Source: an uncultured Candidatus Binatia bacterium
GTDB taxonomy: Bacteria; Desulfobacterota; Binatia; UBA9968; JAJDTQ01
Direction of reading: 5' to 3'
NCBI GenBank assembly: GCA_965242525.1
Contig: OZ251459.1
Coordinates: 3,680,001 to 3,744,000 of the forward strand
Length of the DNA stretch: 64,000 bases
A program made the translations under genes and the position numbers. Of the stretch, positions 39,244 through 48,508 are shown one piece after another (positions within the stretch are counted from its first letter, which is position 1; every line of letters starts with the position of its first letter). The notes under the pieces are model-generated. The model ran no database searches, was not told the DNA's origin, and worked only from the letters and a program-made list of their open reading frames with translations.

Positions 39244-41628
39244 ATGGCTGCCGCACCCGACGTTTCCCGGCCGAACCCGCTCGCCGCCCGCATGGAGCGC
39301 TTCCTGTTCGGCCGCCGCGCGCTCGTCATCGCGGCCTTCGCCCTCGTCACCCTGGTCATGGGGTGGTTCGCCGCGCAGTTGCGGGTGGACGCCGGTTTCC
39401 TCAAGCTGGTTCCCCTCCAGCATCCCTACATGCAGACCTTCCTCCAGCACCGGGAGGAGTTCGGCGACGCCAACCGGGTGGTGGTGGCGCTCATGGCGCG
39501 CGAGGGCGACATCTTCACCCCCGAGTTCTTCGACGTGCTGCGCCAGGTCACCGACGCGGTGTTCTTCCTGCCCGGGGTCGATCGCACCCAGGTCTATTCC
39601 ATCCTCACCCCCAACGTGCGCTACATCGAGGTGCTGGAGGACGGCGTCAGCGCCGACAACGTGCTGCCCGCGGACTTCCGCCCCACCGAGGCCGGCCTTG
39701 CCCGCGTGCGCGACAACGCCATCAAGGCCGGCGTCGTGGGCCGGCTGGTGGCCAACGACTTCACCGGCGCCATCGTCAGCGCCAAGCTCCAGGAGTTCCA
39801 CCCGAACACCGGCGAGCGGCTCGACTACGTGGAGGTGGCGCGCCAGCTCGAGGAGATCCGCAGCCGGGCGGAGGAGCGCGCCCGTGTGGATGTGCACGTC
39901 ATCGGGTTCGCCAAGCTGGTGGGGGACATCGCCGCGGGGGCCACGCGGGTGGCGGCGTTCTTCGGCATCGCGTTCCTGGTCACCGCCCTGTTCGTGTACC
40001 TCTACACCCGGTCGGTGCGCCTGACCGTCCCGCCGCTGGCGTGCTCGCTGACCGCGTTGGTATGGCAACTCGGCGCGGTGACGGCCCTGGGCTTCGGCAT
40101 CGACCCCCTGTCCATCCTGGTGCCGTTCCTGGTGTTTGCGGTGGGGGTGAGCCACGGCGTGCAGATGGTCAACTCGGTGCGCTCCGAGGTGGTGGCCGGG
40201 GCCGCGGGCCTGGACGCCGCCCGCGCCAGTTTCCGCCGCCTGCTCCTGCCCGGGGCCGTGGCCCTCGCCTCCGATTCGGTGGGCTTCATCACCATCTCGC
40301 TCATCCAAGTGCAGGTCATCCGAGAGACGGCCATCACCGCCAGCATCGGCATCGTCGCCATCATCCTCACCAACCTGGCGCTGCTGCCGGTGCTGCTCTC
40401 GTACTTCCGCATGAGCGATGCGGAGCGGCAGGCCGCGGCCGGACGCGACAGCCTCTTGCGGCCGTTGTGGTCACGGGTGGCGCGGCTGGCGCGCCGTGGT
40501 CCGGCCGCGGCCACCATGGCCCTGTCGGCGCTGCTCGTGGCGGTGGGCGCCCACTACGCGCTCCAGGTCCGCGTGGGCGACGACCACCAGGGGGTTCCGG
40601 AACTGCGCGCCCAGTCCGTTTACAACCGTGACGTGGCCGCCATCACCGAGCGTTTCAAGATCGGCGTGGACGTGCTCACGGTGTATGCCGAAACGAAGCC
40701 GGACGGCTGCATCGACTACGAGGTGCTCCGCGCCCTGGACGAGTTCGAATGGCGCATGCGCAACGTGGAGGGGGTCCAGTCGGTGCTGGGGCTTGCGGGC
40801 GTCGCCCGCAACATCAACGCGGGCTGGCACGAGGGCAGCCTCAAGTGGCGCACCCTGCCGCGCAACCGCTATACGCTGGTGCAGTCCGTCTCGCCCGTGT
40901 CCACCAGCAGCGGGCTCATCAACACCGATTGCAGCGTGTTGCCGGTGCTGATCTACACCGCGGACCACAAGGCCGACACCATCCAGCGCATCGTGGACGC
41001 GGTGAACGACTTCCAGCGCGCCAACACCCTGGACCGCCTCACCCTTCGGCTGGCCGGCGGCAACGTGGGCGTCATGGCGGCAACCAACGAGGAAGTGGCC
41101 GCGTCCCAGTTCCCGATCCTCGACTACGTGTTCGCCGCGGTGGTCATCCTGTGCCTGGTGTCGTTCCGCTCGGTGGCCGCCACCGTGTGCATCATCGTGC
41201 CGCTGGCCGCGGTGTCCCTGCTGGCTTACGGGCTCATGGCGATCCTCGAGATCGGACTCAAGATCTCGACCCTGCCGGTGGTGGCCCTGGGGGTGGGCAT
41301 CGGGGTGGACTACGCCATCTACATCTACGGCCGGCTCCGTACCCACCTCGACCAGGGTCTCGACTTCGCCGACGCCTACGAGCGGACGCTCAACGTCACC
41401 GGGGCGAGCGTGGCGCTGACCGGCCTGACCCTCGCCGCGGGAGTGGCCACGTGGATCGCGGCCCCGCTCAAGTTCCAGGCCGACATGGGCACCGTGTTGA
41501 TGTTCATGTTCCTGGTGAACATGGTCGCCGCGGTGGTGCTGCTGCCCGCCCTCGGCGCCTGGCTGGTGCGGCCGAAGCGCGCGAAGAAACCCGCGGACGG
41601 ATCCCCCGCCGGCTCGCCCGAGGGTTGA
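39244..41628 (+). CDS. RND/MMPL family transporter
   Basis: Two TM repeats, FAVGVSHGVQ, GVGIGVDY; typical partner of DUF1302/DUF1329. Confidence 0.9.
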   Translation: MAAAPDVSRPNPLAARMERFLFGRRALVIAAFALVTLVMGWFAAQLRVDAGFLKLVPLQHPYMQTFLQHREEFGDANRVVVALMAREGDIFTPEFFDVLRQVTDAVFFLPGVDRTQVYSILTPNVRYIEVLEDGVSADNVLPADFRPTEAGLARVRDNAIKAGVVGRLVANDFTGAIVSAKLQEFHPNTGERLDYVEVARQLEEIRSRAEERARVDVHVIGFAKLVGDIAAGATRVAAFFGIAFLVTALFVYLYTRSVRLTVPPLACSLTALVWQLGAVTALGFGIDPLSILVPFLVFAVGVSHGVQMVNSVRSEVVAGAAGLDAARASFRRLLLPGAVALASDSVGFITISLIQVQVIRETAITASIGIVAIILTNLALLPVLLSYFRMSDAERQAAAGRDSLLRPLWSRVARLARRGPAAATMALSALLVAVGAHYALQVRVGDDHQGVPELRAQSVYNRDVAAITERFKIGVDVLTVYAETKPDGCIDYEVLRALDEFEWRMRNVEGVQSVLGLAGVARNINAGWHEGSLKWRTLPRNRYTLVQSVSPVSTSSGLINTDCSVLPVLIYTADHKADTIQRIVDAVNDFQRANTLDRLTLRLAGGNVGVMAATNEEVAASQFPILDYVFAAVVILCLVSFRSVAATVCIIVPLAAVSLLAYGLMAILEIGLKISTLPVVALGVGIGVDYAIYIYGRLRTHLDQGLDFADAYERTLNVTGASVALTGLTLAAGVATWIAAPLKFQADMGTVLMFMFLVNMVAAVVLLPALGAWLVRPKRAKKPADGSPAGSPEG

Positions 41629-41702
41629 CGCCCTGGTCTCGAAGGATGAGCGGGCGGATGGGGCTGGGGACGGATGGGCCGGATGGCTCCCGATAGGCAG
41701 GA

Positions 41703-42341
41703 CTAGGCGGCGAACGAAGCCTGCACTTCCTTCTCGTAGTCCAACGCCTTCCGGACGCTCGCCCTCGCCTTCATGCGCTCGAAATGCGCCCGGCAGCCGG
41801 GATATGCGGACAGGTCCATGTCGAACTGCGTGGCGCGGCGGACGCACCAGAAGAAATGCGCGTCCGCGGCCGTGAAGTGGTCGAAGAAGTACTCGCGTCC
41901 GGCCAGCAGGCCTTCGGCGATGCCCAACGCTTCGTGCACGAAACCGGCCGCCAGACGGCGCACGCTCTCCTCGGCGTCCGCCGCGTCGCATACCTTCGCG
42001 GGCGAGTTGATCCGGCTCAGGTAAGGGTGGATGCCGGAAGCGCACCAGGACATCATCGACACCGCCTGGACCTCCTTCCAGGGGTCCGCGGGCAACAGCT
42101 TGGCGTCCGGGAAGCGGCGCGCGATCCAGATCTGGATGGCGACGTTCTCGGAAAGGGGCTGTCCGTCCACCACCAGCAACGGCACCTTGTGCTTGGGGTT
42201 CAACTTCATGTAGTCGTCGGCCCGGTTCTGCCCCTTGCGAAAGTCGAGGGGCCGCACCTCGAACGCCGCGTTCGCCTCGGTCAGCGTGACGTAGGGAACG
42301 AGCGCACAGGTGGTGGGAGCATAGTAGAGTCGAATGTCCAT
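41703..42341 (-). CDS. Glutathione S-transferase family protein
   Basis: LYYAP, LNPKHKVPLL, LSENVAI, FTAADA; GGAGG RBS before ATG 42341. Confidence 0.9.
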   Translation of the reverse strand: MDIRLYYAPTTCALVPYVTLTEANAAFEVRPLDFRKGQNRADDYMKLNPKHKVPLLVVDGQPLSENVAIQIWIARRFPDAKLLPADPWKEVQAVSMMSWCASGIHPYLSRINSPAKVCDAADAEESVRRLAAGFVHEALGIAEGLLAGREYFFDHFTAADAHFFWCVRRATQFDMDLSAYPGCRAHFERMKARASVRKALDYEKEVQASFAA

Positions 42342-42400
42342 GAGACGCCTCCGTATGATTCCAGGAACCTCTGATTTATTCCCTATTCCGGGAGGATAAA

Positions 42401-42706
42401 GGGGCTCTTCCGGCTTTCGTGTGGGTTGTGACACTCCCCACCCAGGCGATGATGTTGCTTCCCTCCCCTTCCCTGGTTTGGCGCCGCAGACGCCCCACCC
42501 CGTCATTCCCGCGAAAGCGGGAATCCATCCATTCTTACGAAAACCCCCGTGTTCCCATCCTTCCGACCCAACCCCAGGGTGCCCTGCATGATGGATTCCC
42601 GCTTTCGCGGGAATGACGTAGGATGGGAGTCTGCGGGAGTGAGCGCGTGATCCTTTTCGCTCCCCTTTCCCTTCTACCTTGCCCACACGAAAGCCGGAAG
42701 AGCCCC
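42401..42706. mobile_element. MITE family B: 306 bp with perfect 25-bp TIRs enclosing two inverted ATTCCC-N8-GGGAAT palindromes
   Basis: GGGGCTCTTCCGGCTTTCGTGTGGG (42401-42425) and its reverse complement (42682-42706); CGTCATTCCCGCGAAAGCGGGAATCC at ~42501 and inverted at ~42593-42618. Confidence 0.85.
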
Positions 42707-42807
42707 CTTTTCCCCAGCGGTATCATAATGGTTTCTTCCTGGTATTCATAAGGATTCGTTCTTTATCCAATCAACAGAAGTTTGCTGGAACCCGGAAGAA
42801 CCCCTTT

Positions 42808-42940
42808 GGAGGCTCTGAACAATTGGGCAGAGAGGATGAGCGCGCCCTTCGACTCCGCTTCGCTACGCTCAGGACGAACGGGGATCGGAGGGTCAGGGCG
42901 AGGGAATCCATCCTCTATCTCTCGTTTATTCAGCCGCTCC
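42808..42940. mobile_element. MITE family A copy (reverse orientation)
   Basis: GGAGGCTCTGAACAA ... TTATTCAGCCGCTCC ends with the core at 42840-42882. Confidence 0.75.
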
Positions 42941-43084
42941 TTTTATCGAAACCGGAAAGACAGGCGCGCCGTTTGCGAGACCTCGACCGCCCGACTTCCG
43001 GCCTGCGCTCGAACGCCCATGCAGTCCTTCCGCTCGTGGAAGGTAGAGCGAAGCGCGGCCCGGACAGCAAAAGATTGGCGCGCC

Positions 43085-43171
43085 TGGTGCCGGAGGGGGG
43101 ACTCGAACCCCCACAGGGTTGCCCCTACTGGATTTTGAGTCCAGCGCGTCTACCAATTCCACCACTCCGGC
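43085..43171 (-). tRNA. tRNA-Leu (anticodon CAA)
   Basis: GCCGGAGTGGTGGAATTGGTAGACGCGCTGGACTCAAAATCCAG...GTTCGAGTCCCCCCTCCGGCACCA; long variable arm, encoded CCA. Confidence 0.97.
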
Positions 43172-43241
43172 ACGGGAACGAAAGCCACCCGGGACCCGTC
43201 TCGCTCGTGGGACGGGAGCGTAGCCCATGGACGAATAGAGG

Positions 43242-43529
43242 TCAAGGTTGCCGCGGCCCGGAGCCGTGCTCGTCCGCAAATCCCTCCAGCGGGATCGCTG
43301 CTTCCACGAGCAGGACCGGGACGTCCTTGCGGATCGGGTAGAGATACCGCCGGTCCCGGCGCACCAGCCCGCCATCGATGGGCTCGTCGACCTTCTCGCC
43401 CCCCCGGTCCACCAGCCTCCCGGCCTTGATCTCCCGGTTGATCCGGTCCACGAGCGTCCCGTCGGCGAGGGACACGCTTTCCCGGGTCTCCGGACATGCC
43501 AAGAGTTCGAGCAAACCCTCGTCCATCAT
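43242..43529 (-). CDS. Trm112 family protein
   Basis: LLELLACPET...RYLYPIRKDVPVLLVEAAI. Confidence 0.85.
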   Translation of the reverse strand: MMDEGLLELLACPETRESVSLADGTLVDRINREIKAGRLVDRGGEKVDEPIDGGLVRRDRRYLYPIRKDVPVLLVEAAIPLEGFADEHGSGPRQP

Positions 43530-43567
43530 GGTTGGGATCCCGTCACGAGCATGGGCGACGCGGACGT

Positions 43568-43750
43568 TTACCCCAGGAAGCTCTTGGCCACCAGGCTGAC
43601 GACGCCGGCAAGGATCAGCGCCACCATGACCTCCAGGCGTATCAGACGACGCTCGAAACCCGCGATCTCTTCCGCTGCCTCGCGGGCCTTCTGGTCCGAA
43701 GCGCCAGCCTCCTTGAACGCGTCATAGGTCTTGGAAAGCATCATGGGCAT
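43568..43750 (-). CDS. Small coiled-coil protein with a C-terminal TM helix (DUF1640/CCDC90-like)
   Basis: YDAFKEAGASDQKAREAAE + hydrophobic C-terminus. Confidence 0.6.
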   Translation of the reverse strand: MPMMLSKTYDAFKEAGASDQKAREAAEEIAGFERRLIRLEVMVALILAGVVSLVAKSFLG

Positions 43751-43784
43751 GGGCAAATTATAGCGCCTCACCGGACAGTGTAAA

Positions 43785-43990
43785 GGAACATCTGAACGAG
43801 CGCGTCCTTCGACTTCGCTTCGCTACGCTCAGGACGAACGGAGGGCAGGGTTTCCCGGATCTCCTTTCAGGAACCTCTGAACAATCGAGGGATCCGGGAT
43901 GGATTCCCGATTCCCTCATCCTGACGCCCCCATCCCCGTTCGTCCTGAGCGTAGCGAAGCGGAGCCGAAGGACGCGCTTTCCCGTGGGAG
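43785..43990. repeat. Two inverted REP cores with family A sequence between them
   Basis: Core at 43799-43841, GGAACCTCTGAACAATCG at 43870, inverted core at 43936-43977. Confidence 0.85.
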
Positions 43991-44053
43991 GGGAACCGCG
44001 GCCCGGTTGCTACGGCCGGGGGTCTTGGCTATGTTCCGGTCGGGAGGTGGACC

Positions 44054-45628
44054 ATGAACGCGACGTTCCGGGATTACATCGAGTTGCTGCGCGGCCACGA
44101 CGAGTTGCTGGACATACGCAAGCCGGTGGACATGAGGGACGTGGCGGCCCTCACGGCCCAGAGCGACCGCGCGCTGCTGTTCGAGAACCCGGTGGGGTAC
44201 TCGTTCCCGGTGGTGTCGGGGCTGCTCCAGAAGAGGGAACGCCTGGGTCTGGCCCTGGACGCCCCCTACCCCGAGATCCACGAGCGGTTCCAGTGGGCCA
44301 TGTCCAACTCCATCGAGCCGGTGCTGGTGGAGGACGCGCCGGTCAAGGAGTTCGTGCAACAGGGCGACGACGTGGACCTGTTCCGACTGCCGGTGCCCAT
44401 CTTCTCGACCCTGGACGGCGCGCCCATGATTACCGCCGCGGTGGTCATCTCGGAAGATCCCGAGCACGGCATGAACGCCGGGGTCTATCGCCTGATGCTG
44501 AAGGAGCGGAACGTCACCGGCATCGACATCGTCACCCCCAACAACCTCCGAAGGTTCGCCGAGCGCGCCCTGGCGGAGAAACGGCCGCTGCCCATCTCCA
44601 TGTCCATCGGCGCCCACCCGCGGGAGCTGATGGGCGCCCTCTTCAAGGCGTCCCTGGGAACCAACGAGCTGGGTTTCGCCGGCGCCCTCGGAGGGAGCCC
44701 GGTGGAGCTCACGCCGGGCGTCACCGGGCCGGTTCCGTCCATCGCCGGCGCCGAGTTCGTCCTGGAGGGCGAGATACCCCCGGAGGGCTGGGTGCACCCC
44801 GAAGGCCCCTTCGGCGAGTTCTCGCGCCTGGTGGGGGGCACCCACCGCAACCCCAACGTCCACGTGAAGGCCGTGCTGCACCGACGCGACCCCCTCTACT
44901 ACGCGCTCCACATGCCCTGGGAGAACCTGTGGATGAGCGCGCCCATCTACGAGGCCGCGGCCTGGCGGGTGCTGGCGGAGACCGGGGTGCAGGTCACCGC
45001 GGTCAACGTCACCCCCGGGGGTTGCTGCCACTGGCACGTGGTGGCCGCCATCCGGAAGATCCCGGGGGACGGCAAGAACGCCATCGCCGCGCTGTTGTCC
45101 ATCGCCGACATCAAGTACGCAGTGGTGACCGACGACGACATCGACATCTACGACCCCCAGGAAGTGGAGTGGGCCATCGCCACCCGGGTGCAGGCGGACC
45201 GGGACACGGTGATCCTCTCCCACGCCCGCTCCAAGCCCCTGGACCCGTCCATCCCGCCGAGCTCCAACGGCGTCCCCACCACCGCCAAGATGGGCATCGA
45301 CGCCACCATCCCGGAGAACGTCCCGCGCTACCGCTACAACCGCATCGTCTATCACAACCAGGACAAGGCGAGGCTCGAAGACTACCTGGGCGAGGCCCCG
45401 GTGACGCCGCTGGCCGGAGCGGTGGAAGAGTCCGTCGAATCGCTGACGGAGCGGACCGAGGCCATGCTGCGCGACCGGCGGATGACCTTCAGCGAGCTGC
45501 TCGACGCTTTCCCGGACGCGCCCTTCGCCTCGGTCATGGCCGCGGTGGGGCGGCTCAACGAACGGAAGCGCATCACCCTGGACGAAGAGGGGAAGTACAT
45601 GCCCGCCGCGGACCACCCGCCCGAGTGA
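44054..45628 (+). CDS. UbiD family (prFMN-dependent) decarboxylase with a C-terminal extension
   Basis: DLFRLPVP, NAGVYR, EGPFGEF, VTDDDIDI, VEWAIATR, KMGIDAT. Confidence 0.9.
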   Translation: MNATFRDYIELLRGHDELLDIRKPVDMRDVAALTAQSDRALLFENPVGYSFPVVSGLLQKRERLGLALDAPYPEIHERFQWAMSNSIEPVLVEDAPVKEFVQQGDDVDLFRLPVPIFSTLDGAPMITAAVVISEDPEHGMNAGVYRLMLKERNVTGIDIVTPNNLRRFAERALAEKRPLPISMSIGAHPRELMGALFKASLGTNELGFAGALGGSPVELTPGVTGPVPSIAGAEFVLEGEIPPEGWVHPEGPFGEFSRLVGGTHRNPNVHVKAVLHRRDPLYYALHMPWENLWMSAPIYEAAAWRVLAETGVQVTAVNVTPGGCCHWHVVAAIRKIPGDGKNAIAALLSIADIKYAVVTDDDIDIYDPQEVEWAIATRVQADRDTVILSHARSKPLDPSIPPSSNGVPTTAKMGIDATIPENVPRYRYNRIVYHNQDKARLEDYLGEAPVTPLAGAVEESVESLTERTEAMLRDRRMTFSELLDAFPDAPFASVMAAVGRLNERKRITLDEEGKYMPAADHPPE

Positions 45629-45671
45629 CCCGCCGGGGTTCCGGGCAGGCGCTCCAAGTCCGCGTCGATAA

Positions 45672-45848
45672 GCGCGTCCTTCGACTTCGCTTCGCTACGC
45701 TCAGGACGAACGGTGTCCAAGCTCTTCCGGCTTTCGTGTGGGCAGAGTCTCACGGGCGCACGTTCCCTCCCCCCTTGAGGGGGAGGGCAGGGTGAGGGGT
45801 GCCCGCAGCGACGGACTCGGGACGAACGGGGGTTTCGTTCCGGGTTTC
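45672..45848. repeat. REP core + family B end + CCCTCCCCC palindrome + TIR-like end
   Basis: Direct similarity to other copies; abuts the npdG stop codon. Confidence 0.8.
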
Positions 45849-46510
45849 TAATGGATGCCGGTGATCTTGACGCTGGCGTGCTTCGACTTGTAGCGGCGGT
45901 TGAGGGCGATCAACACGCCGGTGAGTCCTTCCACCACGTAGGCGTTGGCCGCGGGGCCGGCGTCCAGGCCGGTGGCGCCGATGCGTTCCAGCAGCTCGAT
46001 GACGCGCTCCTTGGCTTCCTTGTCGTCGCCGCAGACCAGGACGTCGCCCAAGGGCTCGTCCGGCCGGCTGAGATCGAGGGCGGAGATGTTGTGCAGGGCG
46101 CCGATTACCGGGGTGCCGTCACCGAGGATCTTCTGCGCTTCCAGCAGCGCCGAGCCGGCTTCGGGTACGAACGGCCTTCCCTTGCGAAGCGGCACCACCG
46201 CGTCGATGACGACCTTCCCCCGCAACTCCTCGACCAGGTCGCTGACCATCTGCTCCTGGCCTTCGTAGGGCACGGAGATGACCGCCATCTCCGCCTCCCG
46301 CACCGCATCGGCGTTGACCATGCCCTCCACGAGGTCCTGGCCCAGCTTCTCGTTCAACCCGCCGGCCGCGTCCCGGCCCCGTTGCGCGTCCCGGGAGCCG
46401 ATGATGACCCGCACTCCGGGCCGGGCCAAGCGGCCCGCCAAGCCGAGCCCGAGGCTCCCGGTGCCCCCCACGATAGCAATCGATATGGAATCCTGCATGG
46501 GGAGTCTCAT
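45848..46510 (-). CDS. npdG: F420H2:NADP+ oxidoreductase (NADPH-dependent F420 reductase)
   Basis: IAIVGGTGSLG, IIGSR, VVPL, GSA, LHNISA, VEGLTGVLIALNRRYK; next to cof genes; start may be 46498. Confidence 0.88.
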   Translation of the reverse strand: MRLPMQDSISIAIVGGTGSLGLGLAGRLARPGVRVIIGSRDAQRGRDAAGGLNEKLGQDLVEGMVNADAVREAEMAVISVPYEGQEQMVSDLVEELRGKVVIDAVVPLRKGRPFVPEAGSALLEAQKILGDGTPVIGALHNISALDLSRPDEPLGDVLVCGDDKEAKERVIELLERIGATGLDAGPAANAYVVEGLTGVLIALNRRYKSKHASVKITGIH

Positions 46511-46541
46511 ACCATGACCGCGCCGGACCCGACAAACCGGA

Positions 46542-46682
46542 GGAACCTCTGAACAATCGAGACATCCAGGATGGATTCCCGATTCCCTCACCCTGACGCC
46601 CCTATTCCCGTTCGTCCTGAGCGTAGCGAAGCGGAGTCGAAGGACGCGCTCATGCCCTCTGTCTCGATTGTTCAGAGGTTCC
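46542..46682. mobile_element. MITE family A, best-preserved copy (141 bp, perfect 23-bp TIR)
   Basis: GGAACCTCTGAACAATCGAGACA at 46542-46564; exact reverse complement at 46660-46682. Confidence 0.9.
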
Positions 46683-46981
46683 TTGACTCCGTTCGTCCTG
46701 AGCGTAGCGAAGCGAAGTCGAAGGACGCGCTCATGCCCTCTGTCCCGATTGTTCAGAGGTTCCTTGACTCCGTTCGTCCTGAGCGTAGCGAAGCGAAGTC
46801 GAAGGACGCGCTTTCCCACAGGGAGATGGAGTTCAAGCCAGGTTTGTACAACGAGAGCGATGAAACTGGATTCCCGCTTTCGCGGGAATGACGGGGCAGG
46901 CGTCTGCGGAGCAGTGACCGCGTGATCCTTTTCGCTCCCCTTTCCCTCCTGCCTTGCTGACACGAAAGCCGGAAAAGCCCC
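46683..46981. repeat. 81-bp tandem duplication of core + right TIR, followed by the right half of a family B element
   Basis: TTGACTCCGTTCGTCC at 46683 and 46764; GGATTCCCGCTTTCGCGGGAATGACG at ~46868; CACGAAAGCCGGAAAAGCCCC end at 46981. Confidence 0.85.
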
Positions 46982-46982
46982 T

Positions 46983-47744
46983 TCACCTGCGGGCCCGGAA
47001 CAGGTCGTCCGCCAGCGGCCGCAGCAGGTCTTGGGCCGACCCGCGGCGCCGCGGCAGGTCGCAGCCGCGCACCACCGCCGCGGGCACCCGGCCGGTCTTT
47101 CCCATGACCAGTTCCGCGGCGCCGGCCACCTGGTCCGCTACGGCCGTGACCGAGGCCTTGAGCTCGTACCCGTAACCGTCCCGCTGGCCGCGGTAGTCGA
47201 TCAAGGGGCCGAAGCCTGCCACGCCGATGGCCACGTCGGTCGTACCCAGGCGCCAGGGACGCCCGAAAGTGTCGGTGACGACCACGCCCACCGACGCGCC
47301 CGTGAGCCGCCGCACCTCCTCGCGGACGCGCCGGGCGGAGCCGTCGGGGTCCTCGGGGAGCAGCAGGGCCCGGTGGACGCCCACGTTGGACAGGTCGATG
47401 CCGGCGTTGGCGCACACGAAGCCGTGGCGGGTCTCCACCACGAGGGTGCTGCGCCCCTTGGCCACGATGGCCCGGCTCTCCCGGAGTACGAGCTCCAGCA
47501 GGCGGGGGTCCTTGTCTTCGAGCTCGGCCGACAGCCTCGACGCCTCTTCCGACGGGGTGACGCCGCGAAGGTCCACGATGCGGCTTTCGGCCTTGGACAC
47601 GACCTTCTGGGCCAGGGCGAGGACGTCGCCGTCCCGCAGCCCCAGGCCCATGCGCGCGCAGGCGTCCACCACCAGCCGTCCCAACCGGGCGCCGGCCTCC
47701 ACTTCGCCCATCCCCTCCACCCCGATGACCTCCACGCGCCGCAT
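46983..47744 (-). CDS. cofE: Coenzyme F420-0:L-glutamate ligase (no C-terminal nitroreductase domain)
   Basis: QKVVSKAE, CANAGIDLSN, LLPEDPD, DTFGRPWR, AAELVMGK. Confidence 0.93.
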   Translation of the reverse strand: MRRVEVIGVEGMGEVEAGARLGRLVVDACARMGLGLRDGDVLALAQKVVSKAESRIVDLRGVTPSEEASRLSAELEDKDPRLLELVLRESRAIVAKGRSTLVVETRHGFVCANAGIDLSNVGVHRALLLPEDPDGSARRVREEVRRLTGASVGVVVTDTFGRPWRLGTTDVAIGVAGFGPLIDYRGQRDGYGYELKASVTAVADQVAGAAELVMGKTGRVPAAVVRGCDLPRRRGSAQDLLRPLADDLFRARR

Positions 47745-47745
47745 A

Positions 47746-48423
47746 TCAACCCGCGTCGGCAAAGAAACGGCTGCCGTTGCCCTTCATGGCCTCGATGCGG
47801 TCACGGGTCCGTCCGCCCTCCAGCCGGCAGGCGAGCCTTCGGAGGTCCCGGGGTTCGTCCACGTCCAGGGCGATGCGCGGGTTCTCCACCACGCGGACGG
47901 AGACGCCGCGGGAGGCGGCCTCGTCCAGGTGGTAACGGAAGCTGTCGTGGCCGAAACGGAGCCGGAGCAGGTCCGGAGGCGCCAGCAACAGGGCGTTGGT
48001 GCCCATGCGGTCGTGGGAGGGCACGAGGGTGGCGAAGGGCGGGACCGCGCGGCCCCCGGTCGGGAGCAGGCCCTCCACGTCCGCGGTGCGCAACAGCGGG
48101 ATGTCCCCCGGCAGCACCAGGGCGGCGTCCATGCCCGCCTCCTTCATCACCCCCAGGCCGAAATGGACCGCGTCGGTCTCGCCGGTCTCGTCCCGTTCGC
48201 GGATGACCTCCACCCCCGGGGCGGCGACCCAACGCGCGACCTCCGGGGAGCCCGTGACCACGAAGGTGGCGTGGATCCCCCTGGCCCGGACCACTTCTGT
48301 GAGCACGTCCCGCACCATGGCCTTCATCAGGTCCGAGCGCTCGGACGCGCTCAGCCGGGCGGCGAGCCGCTGCTTGGCGCCCCGGAACCCCTTGACCGGA
48401 ACCAGCGCGCCGACCCTCGTCAT
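47746..48423 (-). CDS. cofC: 2-phospho-L-lactate/PEP guanylyltransferase
   Basis: VPVKGFRGAKQRL, PGDIP, GTNALL, FGHDSF, DVDEPRDL. Confidence 0.9.
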   Translation of the reverse strand: MTRVGALVPVKGFRGAKQRLAARLSASERSDLMKAMVRDVLTEVVRARGIHATFVVTGSPEVARWVAAPGVEVIRERDETGETDAVHFGLGVMKEAGMDAALVLPGDIPLLRTADVEGLLPTGGRAVPPFATLVPSHDRMGTNALLLAPPDLLRLRFGHDSFRYHLDEAASRGVSVRVVENPRIALDVDEPRDLRRLACRLEGGRTRDRIEAMKGNGSRFFADAG

Positions 48424-48508
48424 CGAACGGAAACCCCGCGCATTTCGTACAACTCCTTGGCACGTGGGACGGACGCCGGCGCCCGGTCGGGACCTCCGCG
48501 CCCCCCGG

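Noticed and set aside
42961-43086. 10-bp inverted repeat CAGGCGCGCC/GGCGCGCCTG as the ends of an ncRNA
   Set aside because: It is a GC-rich palindromic word likely by chance, it overlaps the tRNA end, and it has no recognisable RNA family features.
43085-43171. tRNA-Leu as the attachment site of an integrated island
   Set aside because: I saw no duplicate of the tRNA 3' end and no integrase in the window.
46511-46963. N-terminal ORF extensions containing RVLRLRFATLRTNG or SASFDFASLRSGRT (also 269-517 and 31525-31623; similarly the repeat-derived extension at 42342-42686)
   Set aside because: These are translations of the intergenic repeats; better starts lie downstream.
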